64,000 nt of DNA, taken from IMG/VR virus record IMGVR_UViG_3300022747_000017; one strand, given 5' to 3'. Source of the DNA: a virus. Made by a program: the position numbers and the translations under genes. The stretch's first letter is position 1. Every line of letters begins with the position of its first letter. Of the stretch, positions 39,563 through 50,716 are shown piece by piece. The notes beneath the pieces were generated by a model that saw only the letters and a program-made list of their open reading frames with translations, ran no database searches and was not told the origin of the DNA.

Positions 39563-41017
39563 ATGGCATCAAACATTAATCCATATAATATTGACGGTAC
39601 ATTTCCGGTCGCTGGACAAGATAACAGCAGCCAAGGATTCCGCGATAATTTCACTAACATTAAGAATAACTTTATCTTTACCCAGAGCGAAATTAATGAT
39701 TTGCAAGGTAAAGTAATTTTATCTGGTGCACTCAACGGTCAAACTGTCAACAACGATATGGCCGGCACACAACTAATCCGTCCACAACTAAAAGCATGGA
39801 CAGAAGCATTAGTTGACCATAATGTTATTAGTACAAACGTTGTGTTGGATTTCAACGCGGCCAACTTTCATAAGATCACAACTGGTAGTAGCGTTACTAT
39901 CAGCTTTGACAACTGGCCTGCCAGCAGTGGCGTAGGTGCATTAGGCTATGGTCTACTTAGACTATGGGTGGTTGTAAGTGATGCAAGTCACACTCTAACA
40001 CTACCAGCTGAGGTAACAGTTGGGGTCGGCGACATTGCAGGATACAATTCTGCAAATAACAGCATCCAATTTGACCAAGCTGGCAATTATATCTTCGACT
40101 TCAGCAGCATCGACGGTGGCAACAACTTCTTGATTTTTGATCTTACTAGAGATCGCGCAAGTTTCCGTGACCACAGCATTTATTTCAATCCAGATGTTAA
40201 TTCTACGTTCTTGATCAACTATCCAGACTACAGTAGTTTAAACACAGTCAAGGGACTAGAACAAGGTCAAGATGCAATCAGTACATTTGGCAGCTACAAC
40301 TCTGTCAACGCAGGTAACTTAACACTTGCTAACGTTAGTTATTATCAAACTGACACCGGCGGCCTAGCAGGCTACACAATAACAGCGGCACGTGGCAATT
40401 TACAAGCCATGTCTTATATTCAGCCAGTTAGCAGCAATGACTTGTTGGGCTACTTTAACGCACTGGCCTTTACTGGTAACGGTACAGGAAACTCATTCCA
40501 ACAAACTGCCAGTATTGACTTCTTTGCAACTGGCTCCAACGTAGCATATGGCCTAGGTGGCAACATTGCATTCTTTGTGGCACCAGACGGTGTATCAACT
40601 GAGCAATTCAAGCAACAGGCAATGAGTATCAACAACGACAAGAGTGTTAGTGCTCTTGGTAACTTGACTGTTGCTGGCAACTTTACCACATCTGGTGCCA
40701 GAATTGATACTGCCACAATGGTTAAATCCTTTAACACAGTTGGTAATAACACCTTTGTTGCCAACGCTAGCGTGGATGGCGTTATTATTACTAGTTCAGC
40801 TTCTGCAACAGTGGCTATTGCAAACATTACATTGCCACCAAACCCAACACAGGGTCAGCTATTCCGCATCAGTACAACTAGTCCAATTACATTGGCCAAC
40901 GTAAACACATCGGACAGCACAGCTATTCTTTGGATTCCTACCAACAAGTTTACTGCCGGAAATACATCAGTTGAATTGATGTACAACAGTCCAAACAGTA
41001 CCTGGTACTTGCGTTAA
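39563..41017 (+). CDS. Virion structural / fibre protein
   Basis: Same N-terminus as 38794; similar C-terminal WY motif; TAAATA upstream. Confidence 0.7.
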   Translation: MASNINPYNIDGTFPVAGQDNSSQGFRDNFTNIKNNFIFTQSEINDLQGKVILSGALNGQTVNNDMAGTQLIRPQLKAWTEALVDHNVISTNVVLDFNAANFHKITTGSSVTISFDNWPASSGVGALGYGLLRLWVVVSDASHTLTLPAEVTVGVGDIAGYNSANNSIQFDQAGNYIFDFSSIDGGNNFLIFDLTRDRASFRDHSIYFNPDVNSTFLINYPDYSSLNTVKGLEQGQDAISTFGSYNSVNAGNLTLANVSYYQTDTGGLAGYTITAARGNLQAMSYIQPVSSNDLLGYFNALAFTGNGTGNSFQQTASIDFFATGSNVAYGLGGNIAFFVAPDGVSTEQFKQQAMSINNDKSVSALGNLTVAGNFTTSGARIDTATMVKSFNTVGNNTFVANASVDGVIITSSASATVAIANITLPPNPTQGQLFRISTTSPITLANVNTSDSTAILWIPTNKFTAGNTSVELMYNSPNSTWYLR

Positions 41018-41076
41018 TTCAAAATATTTGACTCCTAGTCAGCAGAAGTTTATACTACTGTTACTAGGAGTTTCTT

Positions 41077-41490
41077 ATGAGCAATCAAATTGATTTAAAC
41101 AAATATACCAAATTCGTTGATGCTGTAACCAGCCGCGAATCAAACAACTTTGACGACTTACTTCGTCGTATTAACGAACTACGCAATACAACCAACGTTA
41201 ACATTAGTTTACTAATGACTGCGGGCTACGGGTTATCTAGCGAGGGCGGCGAGTTCAATGAGATTGTTAAAAAGATCTTGTTCCAAGGTAAACCATTGAC
41301 TGAAGCAGAACGCTTTCACATGAAGCGTGAACTAGGTGACATCTTTTGGTATTGGACCAATGCTTGCCGTAGTTTGGGACTAGAGCCCAATGACGTTATC
41401 CAAGAGAACGTTAAGAAATTGGAAAGCCGTTACCCAGGTGGCAGCTTTGATGCATACTACAGCGAAAACCGCAAAGACGGAGATCTGTAA
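41077..41490 (+). CDS. MazG-like nucleoside triphosphate pyrophosphohydrolase
   Basis: SEGGEFNEIVKK ... RELGDIFWY all-alpha NTP-PPase motif. Confidence 0.85.
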   Translation: MSNQIDLNKYTKFVDAVTSRESNNFDDLLRRINELRNTTNVNISLLMTAGYGLSSEGGEFNEIVKKILFQGKPLTEAERFHMKRELGDIFWYWTNACRSLGLEPNDVIQENVKKLESRYPGGSFDAYYSENRKDGDL

Positions 41491-41738
41491 TGGGATTGGG
41501 CCCATCAGTGTGTCAACACTGTCAAGTTCTGGCAGAATACAGCGAGGAACCTATCCCCGTTGTACGCAATTCTACTACCACAACTTGCAGTAAATTCACA
41601 CACTGGTACTGCCCTATCTGCGGTGAAACGGATCCAAATGATCATGCAGGGTTTGGTGACTGGGATAAGTACGAAAAGAATCTAAAGTTCTATAAATTTG
41701 TAAAAGGAAAAGATCCAAATGCACCCACTACAACCTAG
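41490..41738 (+). CDS. Zn-ribbon hypothetical protein
   Basis: CQHC and CPIC pairs. Confidence 0.6.
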   Translation: MGLGPSVCQHCQVLAEYSEEPIPVVRNSTTTTCSKFTHWYCPICGETDPNDHAGFGDWDKYEKNLKFYKFVKGKDPNAPTTT

Positions 41739-41955
41739 CTTATCAGAATTAACTGACGACGAATTGCACAAAAAGTATGGCGATCTAATGGCACGTATGT
41801 CCAAGGCATACCAATGGGGCCGTGCTGATATGGTTGCCCAATTGAATATGTTGTCAGAAGGATACAAGTCAGAAATTGATCGCCGTAATGCCCTTGCACT
41901 TGAAGAGATGCAAAAACACTCAAAACAATTTAAGAACATTATTGACATACAATGA
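41719..41955 (+). CDS. Hypothetical protein
   Basis: 78-aa helical ORF coupled to the DnaE fragment. Confidence 0.7.
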   Translation: MHPLQPSLSELTDDELHKKYGDLMARMSKAYQWGRADMVAQLNMLSEGYKSEIDRRNALALEEMQKHSKQFKNIIDIQ

Positions 41956-42470
41956 TGTACGACAAGTTTGGCAGAGCACACACTGATACCAGTGAACTAA
42001 CCCATATGCTTTACCAGAATCCAGAATTAGACCTTGGCAGATTCTTTGTGGACGACCCCGAAGAATACAATAGTCACGTTCGTAGATTATTTTTGGACAT
42101 TGACAAACTGAAAAAGTATGAGGACATGGGCTCTGAATTAACCATTGAGCAGTTTGATCAATCCATGCAAGGACAATGGTTGATGCCAGATCAATACGCA
42201 GAGTTAGATATTGCACAATGGGCATTGGATCAATGTAAAAGCGATGTTGAGTTACAACGTGTTGGGCAAGAATTATTACTATACCACGAACGAGATGCGT
42301 TTAATTTGCTACGTTATATGAAATATATGATTGATACATTTCGTGCCAATGGTATTGTATGGGGGTTGGGTCGAGGATCCAGCGTAGCAAGTTATATACT
42401 GTACTTGATGGGAGTACACAAAATTGACAGCATCTATTACGATCTGCCAATTGAAGAGTTTTTAAAATAA
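41952..42470 (+). CDS. dnaE: DNA polymerase III alpha subunit fragment (stand-alone, 172 aa)
   Basis: RVGQELLLY...LLRYMKYMID...GIVWGLGRGSSVASYILYLMGVHKID matches the DnaE GRGS region; ends IEEFLK*. Confidence 0.8.
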   Translation: MMYDKFGRAHTDTSELTHMLYQNPELDLGRFFVDDPEEYNSHVRRLFLDIDKLKKYEDMGSELTIEQFDQSMQGQWLMPDQYAELDIAQWALDQCKSDVELQRVGQELLLYHERDAFNLLRYMKYMIDTFRANGIVWGLGRGSSVASYILYLMGVHKIDSIYYDLPIEEFLK

Positions 42471-42511
42471 TATGGGTATTTAATAATAAATATCTAGCAT
42501 AAGGAGACTAA

Positions 42512-42958
42512 ATGTCTAAAATTTATAAATCAGCAAAAGGTAAAATGATCGACATTGACAAAGTTAAGTTGGCCAATGAAGATACACAAGCTGTAGGTAA
42601 TATGAGAGTTAACGCCCGTGGCGATCTACTCGGGGACGGCGGAGCGGTTGCTACTCCACGTAATCAATTAATGGATAGAGTATATGCTGTTGAAGCATCA
42701 CAGTATGTGCCGCCGGCATATAGCCCAAATGATCCGGGGCAATACGAGGAAGCTCAAGCAATTATGGATAGCAACAAAGCAAAGCAGTTACACGATTTAG
42801 CAAACAACCTTATCAAGGACACAGCCGAAGAGCCAGTGGTGGAAAAGACTCCACAAGCTGCACGTGGTAGTTTGGCAAGCTCGGTAGCAAAATCACAAAC
42901 TGTTACACAACAACCATTACCAAATCCCAAAAAATCAACAGGACCTTCAAGAATTTAA
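42512..42958 (+). CDS. Hypothetical protein
   Basis: TAAATA promoter and AAGGAG RBS. Confidence 0.75.
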   Translation: MSKIYKSAKGKMIDIDKVKLANEDTQAVGNMRVNARGDLLGDGGAVATPRNQLMDRVYAVEASQYVPPAYSPNDPGQYEEAQAIMDSNKAKQLHDLANNLIKDTAEEPVVEKTPQAARGSLASSVAKSQTVTQQPLPNPKKSTGPSRI

Positions 42959-42959
42959 T

Positions 42960-43331
42960 ATGTACGATTCAATTAAAGTTAATGAACTTCAAGCATTGCA
43001 CGACCATGTGCTAGTAGCAGACATGAACTTTGGTCAACGCCAAACCAGTGCAGGCGTTATCTTATTAGGTGATGACATGCGAACTGTTGGCATCCGGCCA
43101 CGTTGGGCACAGGTATATGCCATTGGCCCAAAGCAAAAAGATATCAAAGTAGGCGAATGGGTATTAGTAACACACGGTCGCTGGACTCGTGGTGTTAAGA
43201 TTGAAGATGGCACCGGCGAAAAAACAGTGCGCCGTATTGACACAAATGATATCCTGTTAGTAACAGCCGAAGAACCAATCGACGACAACATGAGCGGAGC
43301 AGTGCTGTCTGACGCAAAAGACCGCTGGTAA
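42960..43331 (+). CDS. groES: Co-chaperonin GroES-like
   Basis: LQALHDHVLV...TSAGVILL...AQVYAIGP...IKVGEWVL. Confidence 0.8.
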   Translation: MYDSIKVNELQALHDHVLVADMNFGQRQTSAGVILLGDDMRTVGIRPRWAQVYAIGPKQKDIKVGEWVLVTHGRWTRGVKIEDGTGEKTVRRIDTNDILLVTAEEPIDDNMSGAVLSDAKDRW

Positions 43332-43332
43332 T

Positions 43333-43749
43333 ATGAAAAAGCTAATCGATAACAGTGGCGAAATACACACTTATGCGGAACTCAAACCCTTAGAGAATCC
43401 GCAACACCAGGGCTGGTATCACTTTAGGATATCTACAGTATACGATGCCGCTAGGAATCCCAACGACGAACAAGTTAAACTATCCATGATGCTGAACCCA
43501 GAGGCGTATCAGCAAATGAAAAGTTTATTCAACAATTAATTCAAGAGGTATAGTATGGAAGTCCAACCCAAGGACCCTAGTCAAGGGCATTTCTACGTCA
43601 GTATGGTTAAGAGTTTTATCCGCATTGCAGCAGGCGTGTGCCTTATCCTAGTCAATGTAGAACCAGAAAACGTTTTCTCCTTTATCAAAACAGCGGGTGC
43701 ACTGCTGATCTTTGCAGAAGTACTTGGTATTGTTGAAGAATTAGTATGA
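43333..43749 (+). other. Two small hypothetical CDSs (43333-43539; 43555-43749 membrane)
   Basis: Compact + strand ORFs with RBS. Confidence 0.65.
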
Positions 43750-44840
43750 CCTTTAAATGCCTTGAGGCAGCTATCGATCCATCTAATAAATTGACCTTTT
43801 TATTAGATTGGGAGCTAACACTTAAATGTAACCTTGACTGTAGTTATTGCCCTACAGGCATTTATGGTGGGCACGATAACACCCTTGAGCATCCACAGGT
43901 AGAAGATTGCCTACGTACATTGGATTTCATGTATGAATACGTAGACATTTATATGTCAAAGAGACCCAAGCACAGCAGGCACGTGATACTAAACGTTTAC
44001 GGCGGAGAAAGTTTATTTCATCCCAATATTGTTGAATTATTGGTTGCTGCCAGGGAAAAGCACAGTGCATATGCAGACCGTTGGTCGTTGACCATTACCA
44101 CTACTACCAATGGTGTTGTGGGAGAAAATCATTTGGGTCGCATAGTTGATCTAATAGATGAATTTACAGTCAGTTACCATACTGAGAGTTTGCCTAAACA
44201 AAAAGATCAAGTACGTAACACTATACTGGCAATCAAACAACGGGGCCGCAGATTAAAGTGTATTATATTAATGCACCCTGCTCATTTCCAAGATAATTTG
44301 GATATGATCGAATTCTGCAAGCAACATGACATCAAACATTTACCAAGACAGTTAGACCGCGGCAAGGATCAAACTCAGTTCGATTACAAACCTGAACAGG
44401 TCATATGGTTTGACAAGTTGTATGCAGGTAAAGTCAAAACCAATGTTATTCCAATTCTGGCATCTGCTACCGGAAACCTAACAGAAGAAGGTAGAGCTTG
44501 CTGTGGTGGCCGCCAATTGGTAAAGGATCAAAACTTTAGACAACGACATTTTTATGTGGACAATAGGTTTGAAGGATGGATGTGCAGCGTCAATCATTTT
44601 TTCTTATTTGTTAAACAGGTCAACGGAGAAGTTTTTGTCAACAAAGATTGTAAAATGAATTACAACGGCGAAGTTGGTCCAATTGGGCACCTAAGTGATA
44701 CCCAAAGTATATTAGATCAAGCAAAGCAAGACATTCCTGCTATACAGTGCAAAAAGCCAACCTGTTGGTGCGGCCTATGTGCGCCGAAAGCCAAAGACCT
44801 TGACACGTACACCACGATTATGTCAAAATACACATTATGA
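43746..44840 (+). CDS. Radical SAM protein
   Basis: WELTLKCNLDCSYC (CxxxCxxC), YGGE, TTTNG; Cys-rich C-terminus. Confidence 0.9.
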   Translation: MTFKCLEAAIDPSNKLTFLLDWELTLKCNLDCSYCPTGIYGGHDNTLEHPQVEDCLRTLDFMYEYVDIYMSKRPKHSRHVILNVYGGESLFHPNIVELLVAAREKHSAYADRWSLTITTTTNGVVGENHLGRIVDLIDEFTVSYHTESLPKQKDQVRNTILAIKQRGRRLKCIILMHPAHFQDNLDMIEFCKQHDIKHLPRQLDRGKDQTQFDYKPEQVIWFDKLYAGKVKTNVIPILASATGNLTEEGRACCGGRQLVKDQNFRQRHFYVDNRFEGWMCSVNHFFLFVKQVNGEVFVNKDCKMNYNGEVGPIGHLSDTQSILDQAKQDIPAIQCKKPTCWCGLCAPKAKDLDTYTTIMSKYTL

Positions 44841-45034
44841 CAAACAAGTATAAATGTGCATGTTATAACTGTTTGAGTCGCCTTCGTGACCCCAACACAT
44901 TACTGCCCATAAATGTGAATAGATTTATTGTGTGTCCGCATTGCGGTAACAAACGATGCCCTCATGCAACAGATCATAGTCTAGAGTGCACTAACAGCAA
45001 CGAACCGGGACAAAAAGGAAGCAGATATGAGTGA
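44837..45034 (+). CDS. Small Cys-rich protein
   Basis: CACYNC, CPHCGNKRCPHA. Confidence 0.65.
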   Translation: MTNKYKCACYNCLSRLRDPNTLLPINVNRFIVCPHCGNKRCPHATDHSLECTNSNEPGQKGSRYE

Positions 45035-45205
45035 TAGTTATTTTGATGCTGCTAGAGCTGCTGGCGAATATCCACGCAAGGGCTACGGATGGCAAACTGA
45101 TGCAGAGAAGCGTGAAGAAATTGAACGCAAAGTTGCCAAAGGATACCGCGAGCCTTGGGTGCTTAAAGAAGCAACAAAGTTTGGAATTAAAGTTAAAGGA
45201 ATTAA

Positions 45206-46132
45206 ATGAAAGAAATTTGGACAGAAAAATATAGACCAAAAACAGTATCAGAGTATGTGTTCACTGATCCAGACCAACGTCAAATTGTTGAAGGTTGGAT
45301 TAAGAATGGTAGCATTCCTCACTTGTTGTTAAGTGGTACGCCGGGCACAGGCAAAACCACATTGGCCAAGATTCTAATCAACGAACTAGGTATTGCGGAA
45401 TATGATGTACTGTATTCCAATGGTAGTAAGGATGCTAGAAAGATTGAGTGGATTGACAAGCTGATCAACTTTTGCCAAACAATGCCATTTGGTGAATTTA
45501 AAGTTGTATTGATTGACGAAGCCGACTATATGAACATTGTATCTGTGCAGCCTGCGTTACGTAACTTAATGGAAGACTATGCGTCTAACGTTAGGTTTAT
45601 CATGACTTGTAATTTTCCAAGAAAGATTATGGATGCTATTCATAGTCGTTGCCAAGGATTCCATATTGATAAAACTGACCGAACAGAATTTACAGCCCGT
45701 GCCGCAACAGTGTTGGTAACAGAAGGTGTGGATTTTGACCTAGACACCTTGGACATGTTTGTCAAAGCCACGTACCCAGACTTACGCAAGTGTTTAAACA
45801 GTTTGCAAAAGAATTCAGTAACTGGCAAACTGTTGCCACCTAGCGAACACGATAAAGGCATTAAGGACTGGAAAATTGAAGCAGTTACATTAATGCAACA
45901 AGGACGCATTAGAGATGCCCGCAGTGTAATTGTCGGACAGGCTAACCTAGACGACATTGACGATATCTTTACATGGCTCTACAACAACTTGGATCTTTGG
46001 AGCAGCACAGAAGAAGGTCAAGACGAAGCAATCTTGTCTATACGCAAAGGCATGATTAACATTAACCAAGTTGCAGATCAAGAGATTAACTTGAGTGCAA
46101 CAATGGTAGAACTAACACAGATTGGAAAATAA
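45206..46132 (+). CDS. Clamp loader small subunit (RFC / T4 gp44-like AAA+ ATPase)
   Basis: WTEKYRPKT, GTPGTGKTT, VLIDEADYM, FIMTCN, IHSRC. Confidence 0.95.
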   Translation: MKEIWTEKYRPKTVSEYVFTDPDQRQIVEGWIKNGSIPHLLLSGTPGTGKTTLAKILINELGIAEYDVLYSNGSKDARKIEWIDKLINFCQTMPFGEFKVVLIDEADYMNIVSVQPALRNLMEDYASNVRFIMTCNFPRKIMDAIHSRCQGFHIDKTDRTEFTARAATVLVTEGVDFDLDTLDMFVKATYPDLRKCLNSLQKNSVTGKLLPPSEHDKGIKDWKIEAVTLMQQGRIRDARSVIVGQANLDDIDDIFTWLYNNLDLWSSTEEGQDEAILSIRKGMININQVADQEINLSATMVELTQIGK

Positions 46133-46524
46133 TGACAAAAGTAAAAGACCTACACCTATTGGCGTTCTATGTAATTAAACCCAAGGACCCTTCTAAGACC
46201 GGCACCAAGGGCTACATGAAAGACCCTGCCAACCATCGCTACGACGAACGTATCGAGTTTACTCGTGGACTCAATCCCAAGGACTCTCAGTACGCAGGTG
46301 TTATTTTAAACTTAAACAAAAAGACTGTTATCTCTAATCGTTACGGTGCATTAGATGGCAACTTTGACAAGATGTTTAAATACTTTCTTGAAGGATACCC
46401 CGAGTACGTAATTCAAGTCATGGCACAGTTAGATCTACCATATCTTGAGCAGTTTATCCCCAAAGATGAAGTTGTAGACGAACAAGTGACAGACGTAGAT
46501 GCCAAAGAAGTTCCTACTGAGTGA
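46132..46524 (+). CDS. Hypothetical phage protein
   Basis: TAATG-coupled to the clamp loader gene. Confidence 0.75.
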   Translation: MTKVKDLHLLAFYVIKPKDPSKTGTKGYMKDPANHRYDERIEFTRGLNPKDSQYAGVILNLNKKTVISNRYGALDGNFDKMFKYFLEGYPEYVIQVMAQLDLPYLEQFIPKDEVVDEQVTDVDAKEVPTE

Positions 46525-46825
46525 AACCGGTGAGCGTGGTTGGTTTGTCGGTGGGTTCGATCGTGCTGCGTATGCAACTACGGACCTTGAAGCTGCGTAT
46601 CAAATTAATTATGCAGGCGAAGTCAGTCAAGCACACTATCACAAAATTTCTACGGAAATCAATCTCATTACAAGAGGTCTTGTTAAAATAAATGACGAAA
46701 CCTACTCCGGTGGTATGGGCATAATCTTTTACCCCGGGGATGTTTGTAAGTGCGAGTACATTGAAGACACAGAGACTATGGTCATTAAAGTACCGGGTCC
46801 GTTAAACGATAAATACAAGCTATGA
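46499..46825 (+). CDS. Cupin-like protein
   Basis: HYHKISTEINLITRGLVKIN...GDV..P pattern. Confidence 0.6.
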   Translation: MPKKFLLSETGERGWFVGGFDRAAYATTDLEAAYQINYAGEVSQAHYHKISTEINLITRGLVKINDETYSGGMGIIFYPGDVCKCEYIEDTETMVIKVPGPLNDKYKL

Positions 46826-47058
46826 GTATGTTTGACATGTACAAAACCAAGCAGAAGCGTCCGGTTGATCCGAATGCTCCGCCGCGCCCTAACTTGATGA
46901 GTCACGATAAAGTTATTCGTGACCAAAAAGCAACCATTGAGCATATGGAAAATAACATACGTATGCTGACCAATCGCGTAGTTGAGCTAGAGCGCAAAGT
47001 TATTAATCAAACTGCATACCTGAATGCAGTTCATCAACAACTAAGCAGAAAAAAGTAA
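46822..47058 (+). CDS. Coiled-coil hypothetical protein
   Basis: 78 aa. Confidence 0.65.
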   Translation: MSMFDMYKTKQKRPVDPNAPPRPNLMSHDKVIRDQKATIEHMENNIRMLTNRVVELERKVINQTAYLNAVHQQLSRKK

Positions 47059-47124
47059 CACTTTCTGCTTATATTGCAAAGTTTCTAAAAAGAGCGTACA
47101 ATTGCACTGTTCAAAGGACATGCA

Positions 47125-47766
47125 ATGCCAAGTTACCCCAAGTTTACAGTTGATACTATTACTGCACTCGCAGTGGCCGCGGTATTGTATAAACAAAACA
47201 ACAACAAAGTAAAACGTTTTGCCAGCGTCGATCGGCCTGGTAGTAAAGAGAAGCTGTTTGATCACTTTCTCGGACAAGATGTAGTTACTGATATTGACTT
47301 GGATGCTGCTGCTGCAATCAAGGACAATATTGTTCACTGTGTGACTATGGCATCAATCACCGGAGATTCGATTCCTAGTTTTACAGAAAAAATATTCAAA
47401 CTACTGGGAGAAGACACAGTTTCTTCAACCAAATTTGGTTGGGTTGTATGGGCACCCAAACTCTCTGATGATATTAACAAGCAGAACCATATCAAAGAGC
47501 AGATGTACAGATTTAAACTTACCAGTAACTTTATTGACAAAGTGGGTAGCACTGTCAAGTTGACTTTTAATGTGTTGAGTTGCAAGTACCTGATGTCTTA
47601 TCAATCCTGGGCTCACACCGGGGATGACGGAAATGGTAATCTAATCACGTTCTTTTGTAAAAAAGAAATTCCATCTGGTACTAAAATTACAGCTAGAGTA
47701 AAAAGCCATGATGCAAAGTCATCTCACAGGTATACAAGACTCCACTACGTCAAGGAAGCAAAATGA
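47125..47766 (+). CDS. Hypothetical protein, possible C-terminal OB fold
   Basis: 213 aa with promoter and RBS. Confidence 0.65.
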   Translation: MPSYPKFTVDTITALAVAAVLYKQNNNKVKRFASVDRPGSKEKLFDHFLGQDVVTDIDLDAAAAIKDNIVHCVTMASITGDSIPSFTEKIFKLLGEDTVSSTKFGWVVWAPKLSDDINKQNHIKEQMYRFKLTSNFIDKVGSTVKLTFNVLSCKYLMSYQSWAHTGDDGNGNLITFFCKKEIPSGTKITARVKSHDAKSSHRYTRLHYVKEAK

Positions 47767-48882
47767 AACGAGAATGCACCAACTGCGGATGTTCAGAAGA
47801 ATCCAGCAGCAACACACGTGGATTTTGGAGCCTTCAAGGTTACTATAACATCAGCGGCTACTTCTGCGGTCCGTGCTATGACAAAGTAAGCCACAACAGC
47901 TACGGCAAGCCGGACCAGCCTGGTGAGTACATTGCAATTTTACTAAAACAACAGTTTGCGGCATGATGGCACTATTTGGTTGGATTTGTTTGGTGATCAT
48001 GATGTTGGCCATAACAGCATCATGGTTTATCATGTGGCTTAACTACAGTGGGCAATACACCATTGGCGGCGCAGAGAACTCAGTAATGGCCCGCATTTAC
48101 ATAAACCTCATTGGTGGTGGAATCTTTTACACATGGTACTTGGTGTTTACTGAAGTGCCTTTTACAGTGAGCATTAAATGAACGAACGAATTAAACAACT
48201 TGCTCTACAGGCCGGTATGACAGATGACAAGTTCGGTATGTTCTTTGCCACGGATTTTGACAGCCATTGTGCTGACGGGGTTGATTTGGAAAAGTTCACC
48301 GAGTTGCTGGTACAAGAATGTTTTTATTGTGTGGAAATAATGGAAAAGATTGCTCATGCCAGTAATGCGGATATTCCTCCAGATTATGACCGACAAACAT
48401 ACTTAAAAACATTGGAAGCCGTAACAGGCTTGATGAAGGCACATTTCGGAGTTGAAAAATGAATACAATGTTAGTTTGGATATTGCTGATTGCACCGTAT
48501 GACGGTAGATCTATTCATGTCTTTTCTCCACCCGTGGCCACACTCCAAGACTGTCAGCGTATGCAGGCATTCGTCAAGGGGTCATCAGGTAGAGCATCAC
48601 AATGTGTTCAGGTAAAAGTTCCTAGCAACTACAGATATCAGGAAGAATTGAAATGAACGAACGAATTAAAGAACTTAAAAAACAGGCTTGGGAGTATGCA
48701 ATGGCAGTTCATGACGGTCTTGTAGTGCCACCGCTCAACAAAGAAGTATGGCCCATTGACAAAGTACTCGATGAAAAGTTCGCCGAGTTGATTGTGGAAG
48801 AATGTGCTGATATTGCCCGACTGAATACAAGAGTGGATAGCAAAGTGTATCTAATGATCCAAGAACATTTCGGAGTTGAAGA

Positions 48883-49290
48883 ATGATTCCCGAAGAACAC
48901 AAAGTAGCTATTATCAGCAATGGCTTGCATTTTATGCGGGCCATTACAGAAGCCTACGGCGCAGACGAAGGTCTTAAACTGTGGGAACAGATTGCTAACG
49001 TGCTTGATGAGGACGTTAAAGGCCAAATCTTCTTTGCAATGATCACTGGTCAGTACAATGATCGAATCTTGTTGAAAGGCCTCACACACTATGCAACTAA
49101 CAATGCAGTGGCCTGCATCAAAGAGATTCGCACCTGGTCGGGCATGGGTCTTAAAGACAGCAAAGACATGTACGACCGCTTGCGTAATCGCACATATGAA
49201 AGCAACCCTAGCCAAGAGTTCATCAAGGTTGGGCCCGAGCAGTACAGTCAAGCAGTTGCAGGTCTTCGTAATGCAGGGTTCACAATATGA
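48883..49290 (+). CDS. Protein with ribosomal L7/L12 C-terminal-like domain
   Basis: NAVACIKEIRTWSGMGLKDSKD resembles KI.VIK.VR..TGLGLKEAKD. Confidence 0.6.
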   Translation: MIPEEHKVAIISNGLHFMRAITEAYGADEGLKLWEQIANVLDEDVKGQIFFAMITGQYNDRILLKGLTHYATNNAVACIKEIRTWSGMGLKDSKDMYDRLRNRTYESNPSQEFIKVGPEQYSQAVAGLRNAGFTI

Positions 49291-50716
49291 CAACTAACAT
49301 TAACATTAAGGAATAACATGGCAGAACAAGAAGAATTTGAAATCATCGTTGAAGTACCGAAAAACTTTCACTTCAACGGTGTGGTCCCATACGACATGCA
49401 GATTATTGCAGGACAAGCGTTTGTCAGCGTACCTGCTATGAACATGGAAGAAGCATATAAAAAAGCAATGGAATTTTTCCATGGCTAAAGAATCTCCCCA
49501 ACACAAAGATAAACTAGGTCAAGATCTCCTAGTGGACGACTGTGTTACATTCCCAGTTAGTAACGACTTGATTATTGGAAAGGTTACTAAACTCAACAAC
49601 AAAATGGTCAAGGTTAGTAAAGTTCCATCCGGTAAATGGGCCAGTGAATGGAACAAGTACCCAGAAGATCTTATCAAACTGGACTCGAGTCTAATAACCC
49701 TTTATCTACTAAAGAACAGTTAATATGCCAGAAATTAAATTAAAAACAGCCTACAAGGTCATCATCATTGAAAGCGAGCGCGGTTGGGGTACCAAGATTG
49801 ACGAAGTAAAATACTTTGATAACGAAACCGAAGCTCGCCGCTTTGTAGACGAGTACAATCGAGACCTGCCTGCACATGTACCGGATTGGTACATGATGGC
49901 ACGTTACGAAGGCCGTGTTCAATAATTCAATTTTAGTTATAATGCAGCATGGAATACGAAGTTTATTTACTAGACGATACTATGCAGCTTTGTCACAAAG
50001 GCAATGCTATCCTTGCAACTGATAATCTAGCTGTTGCATGCTCGTATTGCTACGATTACTACAACAAACACAAGATTCCGATTTGTGTTTATCAACCGCG
50101 ACACGGCAGTTATAGAGAGCACTATGCACCGTGGCTTAACTCTGACCTGGAAGAAGATATGGCTTTACCAAAACAAATTACCATGACACGAGATGGTGGC
50201 AACTGGTGGCGTGCAATGGCATTTAGACAACTCATCACCTACTTGGCCATTGTGCCAATTATAGTGGGGTTAATTATTGCGATCATTAATCCATTATGGT
50301 TTAGGGACAGCATGTTTAACTGGGTTGAAAAAACAGTGAACAAATTTACACAATGGCGTAACTATCGCGTGTATGCCATCTATCTGGGTGCCGATCCTGA
50401 GATGTGGCATACCTTAAAGGACTAGCATGCGAGTGTTTAAAAGCGATCATCGGTATAAACACTACCGCGCTGGATACCATTACATTGCTGAGTTTGCCCG
50501 CGCTGGCAGGACTGACCATCCATTGTTTGTAGCTATGGTGACAGAGCTGAGAGCACTACATGGGCATAATATAGTTACTTTCGCAGACAAAGACGGATGG
50601 CCCAACAAGAGACTTAACGAACATTACATCATTGAGCAAAGACAAGGCCATAGCCATAAACGTATCTATGTTAAAAACGAGTCTGACCTTTCACTTATCT
50701 TATTGAAACTAAACCA

